Positions 1-13,515 of a stretch of DNA of 64,000 nt are shown here, in pieces. The DNA is from Azolla caroliniana (taxonomy: Eukaryota; Plantae; Polypodiophyta), in the NCBI GenBank assembly GCA_043228905.1, contig JBHGNT010000003.1:20584001-20648000 (forward strand), in the 5' to 3' direction. The position numbers and the translations under genes were made by a program. Below the pieces are notes generated by a model. That model searched no databases. It saw only the letters and a program-made list of their open reading frames with translations, and was not told the DNA's origin. Each line of letters begins with the position of its first letter. The stretch's first letter is position 1.

Positions 1-19
1 GTTCGGGACTGTTCTCCCC

Positions 20-1493
20 CTCAAGTTCGGCACGTCAAGGTGACGCAATCCGAGCGCACCTGAGAATTGCCGCAACTTGTCCAGACCAAGAGGCTTAGTG
101 AAGATGTCGGCAGTCTGCCGATCCGTCGGCACGTACTGAAGTTTGACTTCACCGGAAAGGACACGCTCACGGACGAAATGGTAATGCACCTCAATGTGCT
201 TGGTCCGTGCGTGGAAAACGGGGTTTTTCGTGAGCTGGATGCTGCTGAGGTTGTCGCAGTGGATCGTCGTCGGATCTGAGACCTCCTCTTGCAGGTCCGT
301 AAGTAGCCGCTTCAACCATATGGCTTCGCATGTCGCGACAGCCGCTCCTCGGTACTCAGCTTCGGTGCTCGACAGTGCAACTGTCGGCTGCTTCTTACTG
401 CTCCACGCGATCGCGGCACTCCCGAGGGAGAATGCGTATCCGGACGTGGATCGGCGGCGTTGCCAGCCCAATTAGCATCGGTGTAGCCGACTAACTGCGC
501 GGCTGCACCGGTCCAATATAGCAGTCCTCGGTCCTTAGTGCCACTTACGTATCGCAGTACACGTTGCGCACACTGAAGGTGCTCCTCGGTAGGTCTCGCC
601 ATGAACTGACTGATCACCCCGACTGGATAATTGAGGTTGGGTCGAGTGATGGTCAAGTATATGAGGCTTCCGACAATTTGTCGGAACCTCGTTTGGTCGC
701 ATACCTTTCCCGTATCAGGACGAAGCTTGACGGTTCTGTCCAGAGGAGTTGAGACGGACTTACAGTCGGCCATCCCGAGTTTGAAGAGCATACCCAGCAC
801 GTAATGACGTTGGCTGATCAATATGCCTTCGGGGGTACGGATCACTTCGATCCCGAGGAAGTAATGAAGGTCCCCCAGATCCTTCATGTCGAACGATGCC
901 GCAAGCTGGAGCTTCACGCGGTCGATTTCACCTAGGTCGACGCCGGTGATGACCAAGTCATCAACATATAATAAAATACTAACCGGTCCGAGTCGACCTT
1001 TCCGGATGAACAGGGAAGAGTCCGATTTTGTTGTGATGAAGCCCATCCGACGCAGTTGTTGCGTGATCTTCGCGTTCCAGGCACGCGGGGCTTGCTTCAG
1101 TCCATAAAGGGACTTCTTCAGTCGGCATACTGCCGAGGAGTTCGTTCCGGAGTGAAATCCGGGGGGCTGTACCATGTACACCTGTTCCTCAAGGTCACCT
1201 TGCAGGAACGCATTCTTTACATCCATCTGATGTAAGTGCCACCCCTTCGCCACAGCTACTGCGAGCAAAACACGGACGATCGTCATTTTCGCGACCGGCG
1301 CAAACGTCTCATCGTAGTCGATGCTGTGTTTCTGTGCGTAGCCCTTTGCCACTAGTCAAGCCTTGTACTGGTTGACCGAGCCATCGGTGTTGTACTTGAC
1401 CTTGTACACCCACCTACACCCAATCGGTTTTACCCCCTTCGGTGCGTCAACCAGGTCCCAGGTCTCGTTCTCCGCCAATGCGTGCATCTCTTC
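20..1493 (-). pseudogene. Copia-1 RT/RNaseH region (internal stop near 1353, deletion/frameshift near 455)
   Basis: QMDVKNAFL, SLYGLKQAPRAW, YVDD and GYTDANWAG motifs in ORF 312-1352. Confidence 0.9.
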
Positions 1494-2298
1494 TGTTGGG
1501 AGACAGGTCCCTCCGGATGGGAAGGGAGAAGAACAGTGTCGATGAACAAACTCGGCCGAGGCCGAAACCGTATGAGGTGTACCCGGCTACGGAGAGTCGG
1601 ATGATACAGACCCGGTGAAGACCGGATGAGGAGTACCCGGCTACAGAGAGCCGGATGATATAGACCTGGTGAAGACCGGATGAGGAGTACCCGGCTACGG
1701 AGAGCCGGATGATATAGACCCGGTGAAGACCGGATGAGGAGTACCCGGCTACGGAGAGCCGGATGATACAGACCCGGTGAAGACCGGATGAGGAGTACCC
1801 GGTTACGGAGAACCGGATGGTACAGACCCGGTGAGAACCGGATGAAGAGACATATTCGTAAATATGTTTTTGAGAGTCCATCGAGGCTATATTTGTAAAT
1901 AGACGAAAAGTCATATTAGTATAAATATGACTTAGGGCAAACTTTTATATAGTTGTAGTTGTCATTCTTGTTGGAATAGATAGAGAGAGCGCGTAACTGT
2001 GTACAGAGAGAGAGAGAGAGAAAGAGGTTGTTGCCTCTGTTGTAACCGCTGCCTGTGGCGAAGATATGTGAGCACGAGGTCGTTGCCTCAGTGAGCTCAC
2101 TGTTGTACATTCTTACATAGTGACAGTTTGCAGCCTGTGGGCTGCCATGGTTTTTTCCCCAAGTTTGGGGTTTTCCACGTAAACCTCCTGTGTATCTTCC
2201 TCTTCTTTGTGTCGTGTTTTATTTCCCGTTTTTCTGTGTATCATTCTAAGCTCGGTTGTGGCCGAGCGTTGTGCATAAGGAGCCTTGAGTTCCCGTCA
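1494..2298 (+). mobile_element. Solo LTR (copia family shared with 56286-58156) inserted into Copia-1
   Basis: TGTTGG...CCGTCA termini with perfect 5-bp TSD TCTTC (1489-1493 / 2299-2303). Removing it restores MEE-EMHALAEN. Homologous to the LTR at 57455. Confidence 0.93.
1573..1845 (+). repeat. 54-bp tandem repeat (~5 copies) inside the solo LTR
   Basis: Unit GAGGAGTACCCGGCTACGGAGAGCCGGATGATACAGACCCGGTGAAGACCGGAT; gives the 18-aa periodicity in ORF 1447-1914. Confidence 0.9.
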
Positions 2299-2568
2299 TC
2301 TTCCTCCATCGTGGCACGCCAATTCACATCTTTAGCCGCTTCTGCGTAGCTCTCCGGCTCACGCACTTCCGCTACACGGGTCATGTACGCATAATGATGC
2401 GCCATGTACTCGTTGTATCCGAACCGCAAAACAGGATTCTTCTGGCGGGTAGATCGGCGTAATCTCACATTAGCCGATGTCGAGGCCTTCTCGGTCGACG
2501 CGGTCTTCACCTTTAAAGACCCGTCACCGGTTCCCTCGGAGTCGGACTTGCGTCGGTCTGACTCGTTC

Positions 2569-5118
2569 CTATCTGTGCCGAAATCCGACACCTTCTTCTT
2601 CCCCTTTCTCTTTGCGCGTAAGCCGTCTCCTCGGCTTCCTGCGCGGGGAATGCACGGCCGAGTCTCCACTACTCGCCGGCTCTTCATCGGACTGGTCGTA
2701 CCGACTCAGCCGTCCAATCGGTCCACTTAACCGAAGTGAAATCAGACTCTCTTCGCGGGTCTCGATTTCGGGCTCATCCAAAGGCACCTCGGCCTCGCTG
2801 ACCTCATCGTCAGAACTCGGATTGGAGTCGGGGTTCGGAGTCGGGGGCTGGTACCAGGACGCGGACTCGTCAAACACAACGTCGCGGCTAACACGTGCTT
2901 GTTTGGTGCGAGGGTTATAACACTTATAACCCTTCTGCTTGTCTGAGTAACCGACCAAGATGCATTTCTCGGCCTTTGCGTCCAGCTTCCTCCTTTTCTC
3001 CTTCGGTACATGCACATACGCCACGCTACCGAACACCCTCAAGTGTCGCAAGTTCGGCTTCGTTCCGAAATATAGCTCGTGCGCCGACACTTTGTCTCCG
3101 ATCCGGTTCTGGATGTATACCGTGGTCCTTACCGCCTCGGCCCAGTAGAACTTGGGCAAGCTCTTCTCCTCCAGCATTGCCCGTGCCGCTTCCACAACTG
3201 ACCGATTCTTCCTCTCGGCCATGTCGTTCTGCTCCGGCGTGTATCTACAACTGAATTCGCGCTGAATTCCCATTTGTTGTAGATAACCGTTGAATTGACC
3301 GGAAAAGTACTCTTTCTCGCCATCCGACAGCATACACTTGATCTTTCGTCCCGTTTCCGTTTCCACGAACCCTTTGAGGTCCCGGAAACAGTCGAAGACT
3401 TCGCTCTTCCTCTCAATGAGGTAGATCCACGTGTGCCGCGTGTGGTCGTCGATGAAGGAGACGAAATATCGGCTCCCGCTAAGACTAACATTTTGTGTCG
3501 GCCCCCACACATTGGAGTGTATAAGGTCAAGCTTGTTTCGGCTCCGGTTTTGCTCGTTGGGGAAAGGAAGTCGGTGTTGCTTCCCGAGCTGGCAGGCTTC
3601 ACAAATTTGTGCCTTTCGGCCACTAAACTTGGGCAATCCGAACACTACATGTTTCGATTGCAGATCTTGAAGCCGCTGGTAGTTGACGTGACCTATCCGC
3701 TTGTGCCACAAGTCGATGTCCGACTTGGCTTTTTGTCCCTTTACGAACATTGCGGTGCCGCCGTCAATGGAGTCGAGGATGAACATCCTCCCGTCTTTGC
3801 GCCCTTGCGCAAACACACATCCTTCTTCCTCAATGAAGCACCCGAGGTGTGTAAACCAAACCTCCATCCCTTGGTCGACGATCTGTTCGACCGAGACCAA
3901 GTTCTTCGTGATTGTCGGAACGTGCAACACGTTCATGAGTTTCCCTTTTTGCCCGACATGACTAAGGGGAACTTCTCCGACATTCGCGATCGGATGCGGA
4001 GTGTCGTCTCCAGTTGCGACTACTCCAGGTTGTATCGGTTTTTCGAGGTACGAGAACCACTCCTTATGGCTCATCATGTGGTTTGACGCGCCGGAGTCTA
4101 CGTACCACACCTCGTCCGATCTCGGGGTGGTCCGTTTCATTGAGTTTGCTTCGTGTCTCGTCACGAAAGCAGACGCTTCTCCGGCTCTCCCGGAGTCTTC
4201 GGCGTAGTGCGATCGCTGCCGATTTCCCTTGTCGGTATGTCCGGAGCCGTTTCCGTAACCGGTTCTCTCCGAATCGGCGCGCTTCTTCCAACACTCACTT
4301 TCCTTGTGGCCTTTCTTGCCACAATACCAACACTCCGCGATGGCCTTCCCTTTTCGGTTCTCATCGCTTCGACTCCCCATGTTTCCGGAGGGTCCAGAGT
4401 TGTTGTCGGCATCACTTCGGTGCCTTCTTCCTTGATCTCGTCGGCCGCCTCCATTGCGCGCCGACTCGCCTCGTCCTCCACGTCCACGGGGCCTATCTCC
4501 CTCCATGTACAACATTCTGTTGTCGGTGTGCGTGCTTGTAGACGCACCCGCGTGGTTCTCCTCTACCAGGAGCATCGACTGTAAATCGAAAAAGGACGAC
4601 GTATTCTCCCGGGTACACACAGTCGTTCGGAACGCTCCGAACTTCGACGCCAAACCTCCGAGACAGATCTGGACCATCTCACTCTCCTTGATGTTCACCT
4701 CTATGGAGGCGAGGGAGTCGCAGATAACCTTGATCTTCGAGGTATAGTCCGCCACCGACAAGTCGCGTTGTCGTAGGTTGCTCAACTCCTGTCGGAGCTG
4801 AAGCTTCCTGGCTGTGGTGCTCGCGACGAAAATCTTCTTCAGATTTTCCCACGCACCCTTCGGCGTCTTTGCATCCCGAACATAGCTCAATAGTTGTTCG
4901 CCCACACACGACGCGAAGCAGTATAATACCCTGCTCGCCGATTGCTCCCACGACGGGAAGTCTCTGTGTGTCGATTCGGGTGCCCCGTCATTAGCTCCTT
5001 CGACATAACTCCGGTAGCCGTGCCCGAGCAGGTACTGGTGCATCTTGTAGGACCAAGACGCGTAGTTGGTTCTGTCGAGCTTCTCTGTTGGAAGCGAGCT
5101 TGTCATGCCTCTATCCAT
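2569..5118 (-). pseudogene. Copia-1 gag-protease-integrase ORF (frameshifted near 2590)
   Basis: 849-aa ORF with copia gag, CCHC knuckle, DSGAS, HxRxGH/CxxC and rve motifs. Continues in the frame of ORF 2241-2687. Confidence 0.9.
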
Positions 5119-5190
5119 CGTTCTTCTTGTTCTTCTTCGTCAAGCTATGTCAGCTGTAGAGAGGTTCTCAACCCTCGCACGTTGATACCA

Positions 5191-5594
5191 TGCAGAAAGT
5201 AGCGTGCGGAAGCAGGTATAAAGACGAAACAGAAGGAAGAAAACTCAAGTTTAATGGAGAGCTTGAGCTTACGCAGTATACGCGGGAGAGACAGAGAGAG
5301 TGAGAGAGAACACAAGAACTATATTCAACAACAAACAAAATCTCGATTCACTACTCTATACATACGTGTGTTCCATGAACACTTTTATACAAGTCCTCGA
5401 AGGACTGACTGAAGTACTGACCGTACTTCAATGCTCTTTAAGAGCTCCTACACTAACTCCCAAATATATTCCTCACGGAATATCTTTCCTAACGGCCTCC
5501 CGGTTTACGCACTCGGCCTAACCGATCGGTCCCAACCGATCCGGTCCTCGGCTTCTTCAGCCGATCCGGCCGATGTTGAGCTTGTCTCTCAACA
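5191..5594 (-). repeat. 5' LTR of Copia-1
   Basis: Starts TGTTGAGAG and ends ..CTGCA on the minus strand, directly followed by a tRNA-iMet-type PBS (TGGTATCA). The partner LTR is not visible. Confidence 0.7.
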
Positions 5595-7099
5595 ATTCTC
5601 GATGACATGAACTTCCTCAATGCCCTATTCTTTTACAAACTTGGCAACCATTTGCTCAAATTTAGAGTTGGTGAGAGTGAGTATCCTTGCTTAACAACAA
5701 TAATGCAATTGGAAAATCTTGAAATTTCACCGCCCATATGCACATAACATATAACCTTCTCATAGATTCAGAAAATTGCAAGCATATATTCACTTGCTAC
5801 CTTGAGATCTTCCATGCACTTCCAAAGATGTTCATGATGTACCATGCCGAAAGCTTTCATGAAGTCTAGGAAGCAACAATACAAACCTTTACCTCTCAAG
5901 TGACTTTCTTCCATTAATATTGAAGGATGAAAAAGTGATCGATAGTGCTATGGTGTTTCCATAAGTTAGCTCGTCCATGAGCTCCCTTACCAACTTTTTT
6001 CAGTCAATGCACTTTGATTTTGTTATACATCCAAATAGTTTTGTCGTGGGACAACCATGATAATGTGATTGTTGTTTACATTATTTAAATTTCCACGTTT
6101 AGGTCATCCAATTCATACTCTAAAGCGTAGGGCCAATTTCCTAAGCCTTATGCATACTCTTCAATCATAAGAGAAGGGAATCATATGTCAAATGGAATGG
6201 TAAGGTGACATTTGGTTGTTCATATAACTTCTTACATCAAATACATAAGAGTTAAGTCTCCATAACTCTCAATGTGTGTTTTCTCTTGTGTTAAGAGGAA
6301 TCATTGAGTAACTTCTCATATTGTTCTTTTTCTTTGAACAAATATTTCATATTTATGCAATGCTTTTGATCATTTTCCTTATCCTTGACTACATCCAAAC
6401 TCATAAGACATTTTAGAGTCTCGTGGCATTCCTAATCAAACCATTTTTTTCATCAAACTACATTTCTTGATGTCTTTCCAAGGTATGTGCTTGGCCCAAA
6501 AGCATTTGTTTGTGCATGAGAAAACGATCACTTTCTTGAAAGCTTCCTGTTTGCATTCTAGACCCGCACGATGTTGTGTCTTTGTTGATTATAGATTTCC
6601 TCAACCATCTTCGAATATATGGGTGCTCATTTTAAGGTTTATGCTCAAATATGGTTGTTTGATATTTTCAATGACCTTCTAAGACTCAAACCTTTTCATA
6701 CATTTGAGGTTAATACGTAAAGTCTTATGACTAGATTCTAATGTCTATTCACCAAGTCAAATTTTGTGTATGCGTTCCAAAATGCCTTTGAAAAGTAGCA
6801 CATAATCAATCACACTATTTCTATTATGTTTTCTGAAAATATTTACGTGCGGAAGCTAAACAGAACTCAACCGGCTCAACCGGACATTGGCTTTGAAATA
6901 AGTGTTGATCCCTATCAAAACAAGCATAAAAGTTAAAATCTTGATGAAAAATGTAGCATCAAACTACAAAAGTGGGCACACCATTTGGTATTTCTATTTT
7001 AAGCCATATGTAGCACTTGGGTGCCGAATCGGCTGCGTGCCAATTCACACTAGCTTCCCAATCGGCTAGGTGCCGATTCGGCTCAAGGCTAAAAGGGGG

Positions 7100-7520
7100 A
7101 TTTTTTCCAATCCTTCTCCTCTTTGTTGTCTTTGATTTTTTCACCCATATCAAGCAATGTACATTGTAGTTGCTAGACCTTGAATCCTTTGAGTACCTGT
7201 ATTTTTATAATCCTTCTTCTCTTTATTGTCTTGGATTTTTTCACCCATATCAAGGAGTGTACATTGTAGTTGCCTAGACCTTGAATCCTTTGAGTACCCA
7301 TATTTTTCCAATCCTTCTCCTCTTTAGTTTCTTGGATTTTTTCACCCATATCAAGGAGTGTACATTGTAGTTGCCCATACCTTGAATCCTTTGAGTATTA
7401 TGCTCCCAAATTTCAACAAGACCATTGGTGTCTTGGATTTTTTCACCCATGTCAAGGAGTGTACATTGTAGTTGTCCAAAACTTAAATCATCTGAGTATC
7501 ATGCTCCTAAGTTTCAACGA
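7100..7520. repeat. ~100-bp tandem repeat, ~4 copies
   Basis: Recurring GGATTTTTTCACCCATATCAAGGAGTGTACATTGTAGTTG..CCTTGAATCCTTTGAGTA. Confidence 0.85.
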
Positions 7521-8859
7521 GAAGTACGATATCCAATTCATTGGTCAACTCCTCTAGTGTAAAAATAATACACACGTGTATGTGCTCATTATTATTGTTG
7601 GACATTTGAGTGTGACACTTACACTATCATGCTCATCTAACAAGTCATCACATCTCTTGAGACTTTCCTCATGGAATAAGCATGCGATAAATATTAATCC
7701 TCCATTGGGTTTTCATTTTGTTATCTCAACGTAGATGCATGCATGTTGCATGTGTTATATTAAATTATGAATGAATGTTTTATGTAAGTATGGATGGATG
7801 GTCATTTCAGTATTAATAATTATTATATTTGTTAGGGTAAATTATACATCAAGTTTGCCCACAATTATGGTGTGGTAACAATTGTGAGCATACTCTTTAA
7901 GTTTTAGGTTACATGAGATAAACAAGTTACATTGCACAATTGTGGGGCCATAGAGTTTAAAGAAATTGATTGAAACATGCACGAACTCTAGATATCCCAA
8001 ATCTCTAGATGGGTTTCACATATGATATTTGAAAGTTAGTGCAATCTAGTTTTGTTTCTCTAAAGAGAATGACTGGAGTTTGGTAATAGACGTTTTGCCC
8101 AATCAACGTCTACTACCTTGTTTGGATGTTCCCATCCACTCATATTGCATTGCTACAACATTATCCTCCATGAGCATACCTCCTCCATGAACTTCTTTGA
8201 TCTCAACATTCATTGTATGTTTGAATTGCATACATTATTTATATGTTAATGCTTTAATGATTATTAGTAATGATAAAGAGGATACACATAATAAGTATGC
8301 CATGAAACAATTACAATGTCATGTCGACAAAGTGCGGCATAAGAAAGACAAGCCTTCTTTGACATCGATGGGATCGTGACAAGTAAGAGTCTAAATTTAT
8401 ATACCCTTTAAGGCTTTCAAGAAAGTCATATTTTATTTTTCCCAAAAAAGATACTACATTAGTATTAGAAAACGCCATAAGGCTAAACATACAAGATATA
8501 CCACCAATCCCCTATGTTTTTCTAAATTCTAACCATCGGCTTAAATAAATACTTTGGTGTTGAGTAGAACCACTCCACCTTATCAAAACGTCGTCTATAA
8601 AATATACCTATGTCCCAAATGACATGAAACTACAAACGCTTAAGCTCCGCTTGATGTGTATTACCTTTTATACTATCCAAAAACCCTCTGAAATTATGCA
8701 CAATCTCTATCCAAATTCCCGAAATTATTTGGATAGGTCTTTCAGTCACATTTTGAAATACCTTCAAACATTGAGCCTTCCAAATATACCAAATTCTAAT
8801 ACTACTTACCAATTGTCATATTTGAGGTTTATCAATTTGTATTTCTGGATTTAGAGGGA

Positions 8860-11800
8860 TCAATTTTTTTCCCATCAAACCATGTGTCATCACAATAGGA
8901 TATGCAACCTCCTCCTATTCATATACCATAGGTTTATCATGTACCATCGCCCATAATATTGCACCCCATGTATACACTGCTCTAGGATATACTAAAGTTA
9001 ATAATTTTATGATTCGTTTCCATATGTCCAGACCAAAACCACAACTCCACAAACAATGTTTAGCAGTCTCTATTACATTTGTACAGAAAGGGCACATCTT
9101 GTCTACATTTCCTTTTCGCCACCCATTAACTAGTATAGCATTATGAACCAACAACCATAAAAAACAAACAATTTTCCTACTCATCTTTATACCCCATAGC
9201 CATTTCTAAAATTGTTTGAGATGTTGTGGAGAAATTCCATTTCATCTCCAAACAACATTTGCAGTTGATTCTTTCCATGATCTAACATCTAATATTTTCC
9301 TACAAATCTTCACAAAATACTGAAAGAATGACACGTATTTGATGTGATCTTGCACCCACACCTTCCAATACAGTTCTCCAAGATCCCAAGTTAATCTAGA
9401 TATTGGTATCTTTTTGATAATCCAAATCCTCCAAAAATAATTCGCCTTTTGAGGATCCGTGTCTAAGACCCAATTTGATCCATCATTTGCAATCACCCTC
9501 ACTTCTTTATGCAAACAAAACCTAAACAAATCATTTTCCTTAGGTGTAAATATTAACCTACCATCATCTTGTACATCAAAACTCATACACTCTTGTTCCC
9601 CAATATAGGCTTTAACTCCAATTAAAACATCCAAGGGAGTAAATAAACCCATCCACTTCTGTGTAGCAGATCCAATTTGCATCTGAATATTAAAAAGGGC
9701 TTTTTGTATTGCAAAATACATTATCTTCCCACCCTTTATATTACTAATTAGTATCATTTGTTGATCTATAGGTTTAGATAGAAATGTTGCCCATGCACCT
9801 ATAGACTATGCTGGCCCACGATCTAATTATGCCCATGCACATCTAATACGCATTCCCAACATCTGTCCTCTCTGGTCAGTCAACCATGAATTCCAAGTCA
9901 GGGGTTGTCTATAGAATTCAGATTTTGTTTTTGGTAATGTCTTAACTAAATCAAGAGAAATATCTTTCCATGCATTAACAACATATCGAGCAAATCTCTC
10001 TTCCCATTTTGTGGCAATAACCAATATATTATGTTCCATAAACACCCATCTAAAACTAGGCCTCCAATCTCCACAAGTTTGGGACAAAACTTTTGCAATT
10101 CATTAAACAACAATTGTTTCCAAGGTTTCGATCCTAGCAACAATCCTCGAATCACCAATTTTGCAATCAAAGCTTTGGACTGATGTAATGGATCTACAGT
10201 CCCTAATCCTCCTTGATCCAATGGCTTAACAATTGTGGACCAAGAGACTTTTGCCCTGGCATGGCTTCCATCATTACCATACCACAAATAATTTCGAATC
10301 AATCATTGTAATTATCCCATACATGATCTTGAAAAACTCAAACATGACATAATATACCAGAGGCTAGACAACAAAACTTGATTAACGACTATCACTCTAC
10401 CTGCAAATGATAGTTTATCTTTACTCCAAAACAATAGTTTTTTTCCTAATTTTCAATAGCAAAGAAGCTACCTGAATTTCTGAAGAAATATTAAAACCTA
10501 TTTGACATCCTGAATATCTAACTAAAGTGCCCTCGAGAATCCATCGGAAATCTGGATGAGGACTCCATTGTGGAGTTGTGGAATTGGACAACACCCAAAA
10601 ACCCACTGATTTATTTCAATTAATTGATGCACCTGAAGCCATACAAAATGTTTGCACAGATATGTACATTTTTTGCATATTATTATTTTGACCATCCAGA
10701 TACAAACTTGTTTCATCAACAAATTCTACATCGATAACATTTGTCCCATCAATGGGCATTGCTATTCCTTTCCATCCAACCTCTTTAGGAGTCAAAAACA
10801 AACTCATCGCTTCAGCAAAAAACAAAAATAAATATGGTGCAAGTAGGCCTTGTCGTACACTTCGAGAAATTTGAAACTCATCACCTTTAACCCCTCCTGC
10901 CAAAACAAAATTGCACGTTGAATTATACAGAGAAGACACTCCTATCACCCATTTCTCCGGAAAACCAGTCTTACAAGAGTACCTTGAAGGAACTCCCAAT
11001 CAACTCGATAATATGTTTTTTCTCGGTCTAGTAACAAAATCACTAAATCCTCTTTTTTCTTACGAGCCAAGGCAATGGCTTCCCAAGAAAAGAACAAATT
11101 ATCCTGTATACTTCTTTCCGGAATAAAACCTGTTTGGGTGAGTTGAATCAAATCATGTAAGAAAGGTTGCACTCTCAATGACAATGTTTTTGCGAAGTTT
11201 TTATATATTGTATTTAGCAAAGTTATTGGTCTCCATTTTCTAATATCATCTGATATACCTTCAACCTTAGGTATTAAATAAATCAAGCCAATTGCCATAC
11301 TACGAGGCATGTACCTAGTGTCAAAAATTCTCTTTGATAAGCTTTTGTTAAGTCTTCCCCAATATATTCCCAATATTTGAGGAAAACATGTGGAGTAATT
11401 CCATCCTCCCCTGGACAAGACATAAGACTTAATTTTTTGGAAAGAAGAAGAAGAAGACATAAGACTTAAAGCTCTAAGTGCATTATGTATTTCCATAATG
11501 TCAAAGGGCTTAAGTAATGCAACCTTCATTTCATTTGTGACTTTAGGCTTAATTTTGTCCCACACACATTTCCTACTTGTGTGAACAGATTCAGTAGCAA
11601 CTCCAACGGACAACAATTTAGCATAATAAGTAGTAGCAAATTGTATAATTTCTTACTCATCTTCTGTTAAGGAGCCATATTCTCTCCTTAGTTGTTTAAT
11701 CCCTACTGTCGACCATTTCGGTACAAATTGGGGAAAAAACGTCTAGTCTACTCTGTCACCTTAGACCTACTTGTGTCCATTTTGAAGCAGAAGCTTGATA

Positions 11801-12400
11801 TTGAAATTGTAATGTTGTCCTCAATATTTCTTAATTCCCAATTCGCATTATGTAAAGCATTTGTCGTCCATTCACACAATGGATCCCTTTCTTGAAAATG
11901 TTGCAACGATGTCAAGGCACAAGAAAGTCATATTATGTTAGACTATTTATAGATAGTTTCCGATTATATTTTTTGCAAAATATAAAAGTCCTAAAGGGAA
12001 TTAAACGCCTACAAGCATATCTTAGCTTTTGCTATGAGACACCTCGTCCCACCCTCTTGATGCTCTTCTATTGTGGGCATCTTTCAAAATAACCAATGAA
12101 TATATTAATGTCTTCATTGTCCATGTTGATCTTTTTATACTCTTCCTCAACATTTTCAATGAGAATAATAAATTTGAGGTTTTTATCCGTGCCCTCCTTT
12201 GAGTCTAAATTTTTATGGAGGGGTGGTTACTTTGTCACTATAAGGCTTGATAATGTTAGAAAACCCCAAACACTTTTTGGATTACTTGATGATGGTAGCA
12301 AATCTATTAATCTCTTTGATAAGATTGTCATGTGTATTCCTTGTTTCGTTTTAGTCATTAGATGAAAATTGGACAATCTGAGACAGTGGTTGGTGCTCGT
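8860..12400 (-). mobile_element. Degenerate L1-clade LINE ORF2 (RT + zf-RVT)
   Basis: Fragments KWRPITLLNTIYK, QTGFIPERSIQDN, SRSVRQG..LAPYLF, FVDET, KVSWSTIVKPLDQGGLG, CPFCTNVIETAKHCLWSC. Many stops and frameshifts; ends approximate. Confidence 0.88.
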
Positions 12401-13149
12401 GTTTTAGTTTACCCTATAGTTGACACATTTACTATACCCCGACATGAACTAGAGTGCATTCTGTATTTATTAGGAAAAACATGAAGTCACATTCGTTGAC
12501 AAGTTTTCATGACATGGAAGTGCAACTTGATAGGAGAAATTTCCCAAATTGTGTTTTCATGGATAAGGGAAAACTTATTTCACGTGGGATAGATTCATTG
12601 TTAACACAATGATCAGAGGACATGCTTAATATATAGTTTGTGGGATGCCACATGCATCGAGTTAAGGAGTGCGAACATACCTTTTGGGAATGTGAGCAAT
12701 GATAAAGCCCTTTGACTATCTCTTACCAATTATTAGCCACGTTCCATGAAGACATCATAGCGAATGGTCTGCCATGGAATGACATTCAATAAAGGCCCTT
12801 GGTACAATCACGAGGGTTAGATGTAATTCATGTCTTTTGAGTAATAACAGAATAAGTTTTTGTCTACCATGTGTAAGAGAGATAGGTTTTTTTTATCGTC
12901 CTCTGAGGTCACACGTGACCTATATGACCAAAAACATTTTAATATAATATATACAGAGTTATGACTCCCAATGTTCCAAATTTGTAATCATGAACAACAC
13001 TCGCGTTGTGCTCCAAGAGAAATGTGTGAAGGGGATAAGGTCAAATTAACAATGTGGGGAAAGCAAAATTGACCATTTCTTTTATGTATTGTATAATCCA
13101 TAACTCGCTTTTTTTCTCATTTTTTTGTGCAACTCTATGAAGTCAATGC

Positions 13150-13515
13150 TAGGGATCGGCAACGGCTCAGCTAAAGCCTTAACCAGTTTAAAACGGCATA
13201 GAGGCTCCGCTTAGGCTTGAGCCTACCTAAACACTTTTGAGTTTGGCTTTGCTCGCCTTGAGCCTTGCCAAACCGGCTCAAACCAGTTAAGTCGTTACAT
13301 GAATTAATAATTAGGGTTTAGAAAGTTAGAAATTAGACGATTAGAAGTTATAACTTGAGAGAGAGATTGACAGGAAGCCATAGGCAACAAGTGTTGAGTG
13401 ATGAGAGAGAGGGAGGGTGAGGGAGCCTGCATATGAACCTCCTTATTGTTATTAATATACATTCGTTCTATACATATCAACGATTAAGCCTAAATCGAAC
13501 CGTTGTCGATTCCTA
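13150..13515. mobile_element. hAT-type MITE
   Basis: TIR TAGGGATCGGCAACGG / CCGTTGTCGATTCCTA (14/16); 8-bp TSD GTCAATGC/ATCAATGT. Confidence 0.75.

Larger units (their letters stand above)
1..5594 (-). mobile_element. Ty1/copia LTR retrotransposon (Copia-1), disrupted; 3' LTR lies outside the window
   Basis: Domain order gag (CWYCGKKGHKESEC), PR (YVDSGAS), GAG-pre-IN/IN, RT (LLYVDDL), RNaseH on the minus strand. 5' LTR 5191-5594 (TG..CA), PBS TGGTATCA at 5183-5190, PPT-like GAGGGGGAG near 14-22. Confidence 0.93.

Noticed and set aside
5600-7100. Possible decayed DNA-transposon remnant
   Set aside because: No TIR/TSD or transposase motif could be supported.
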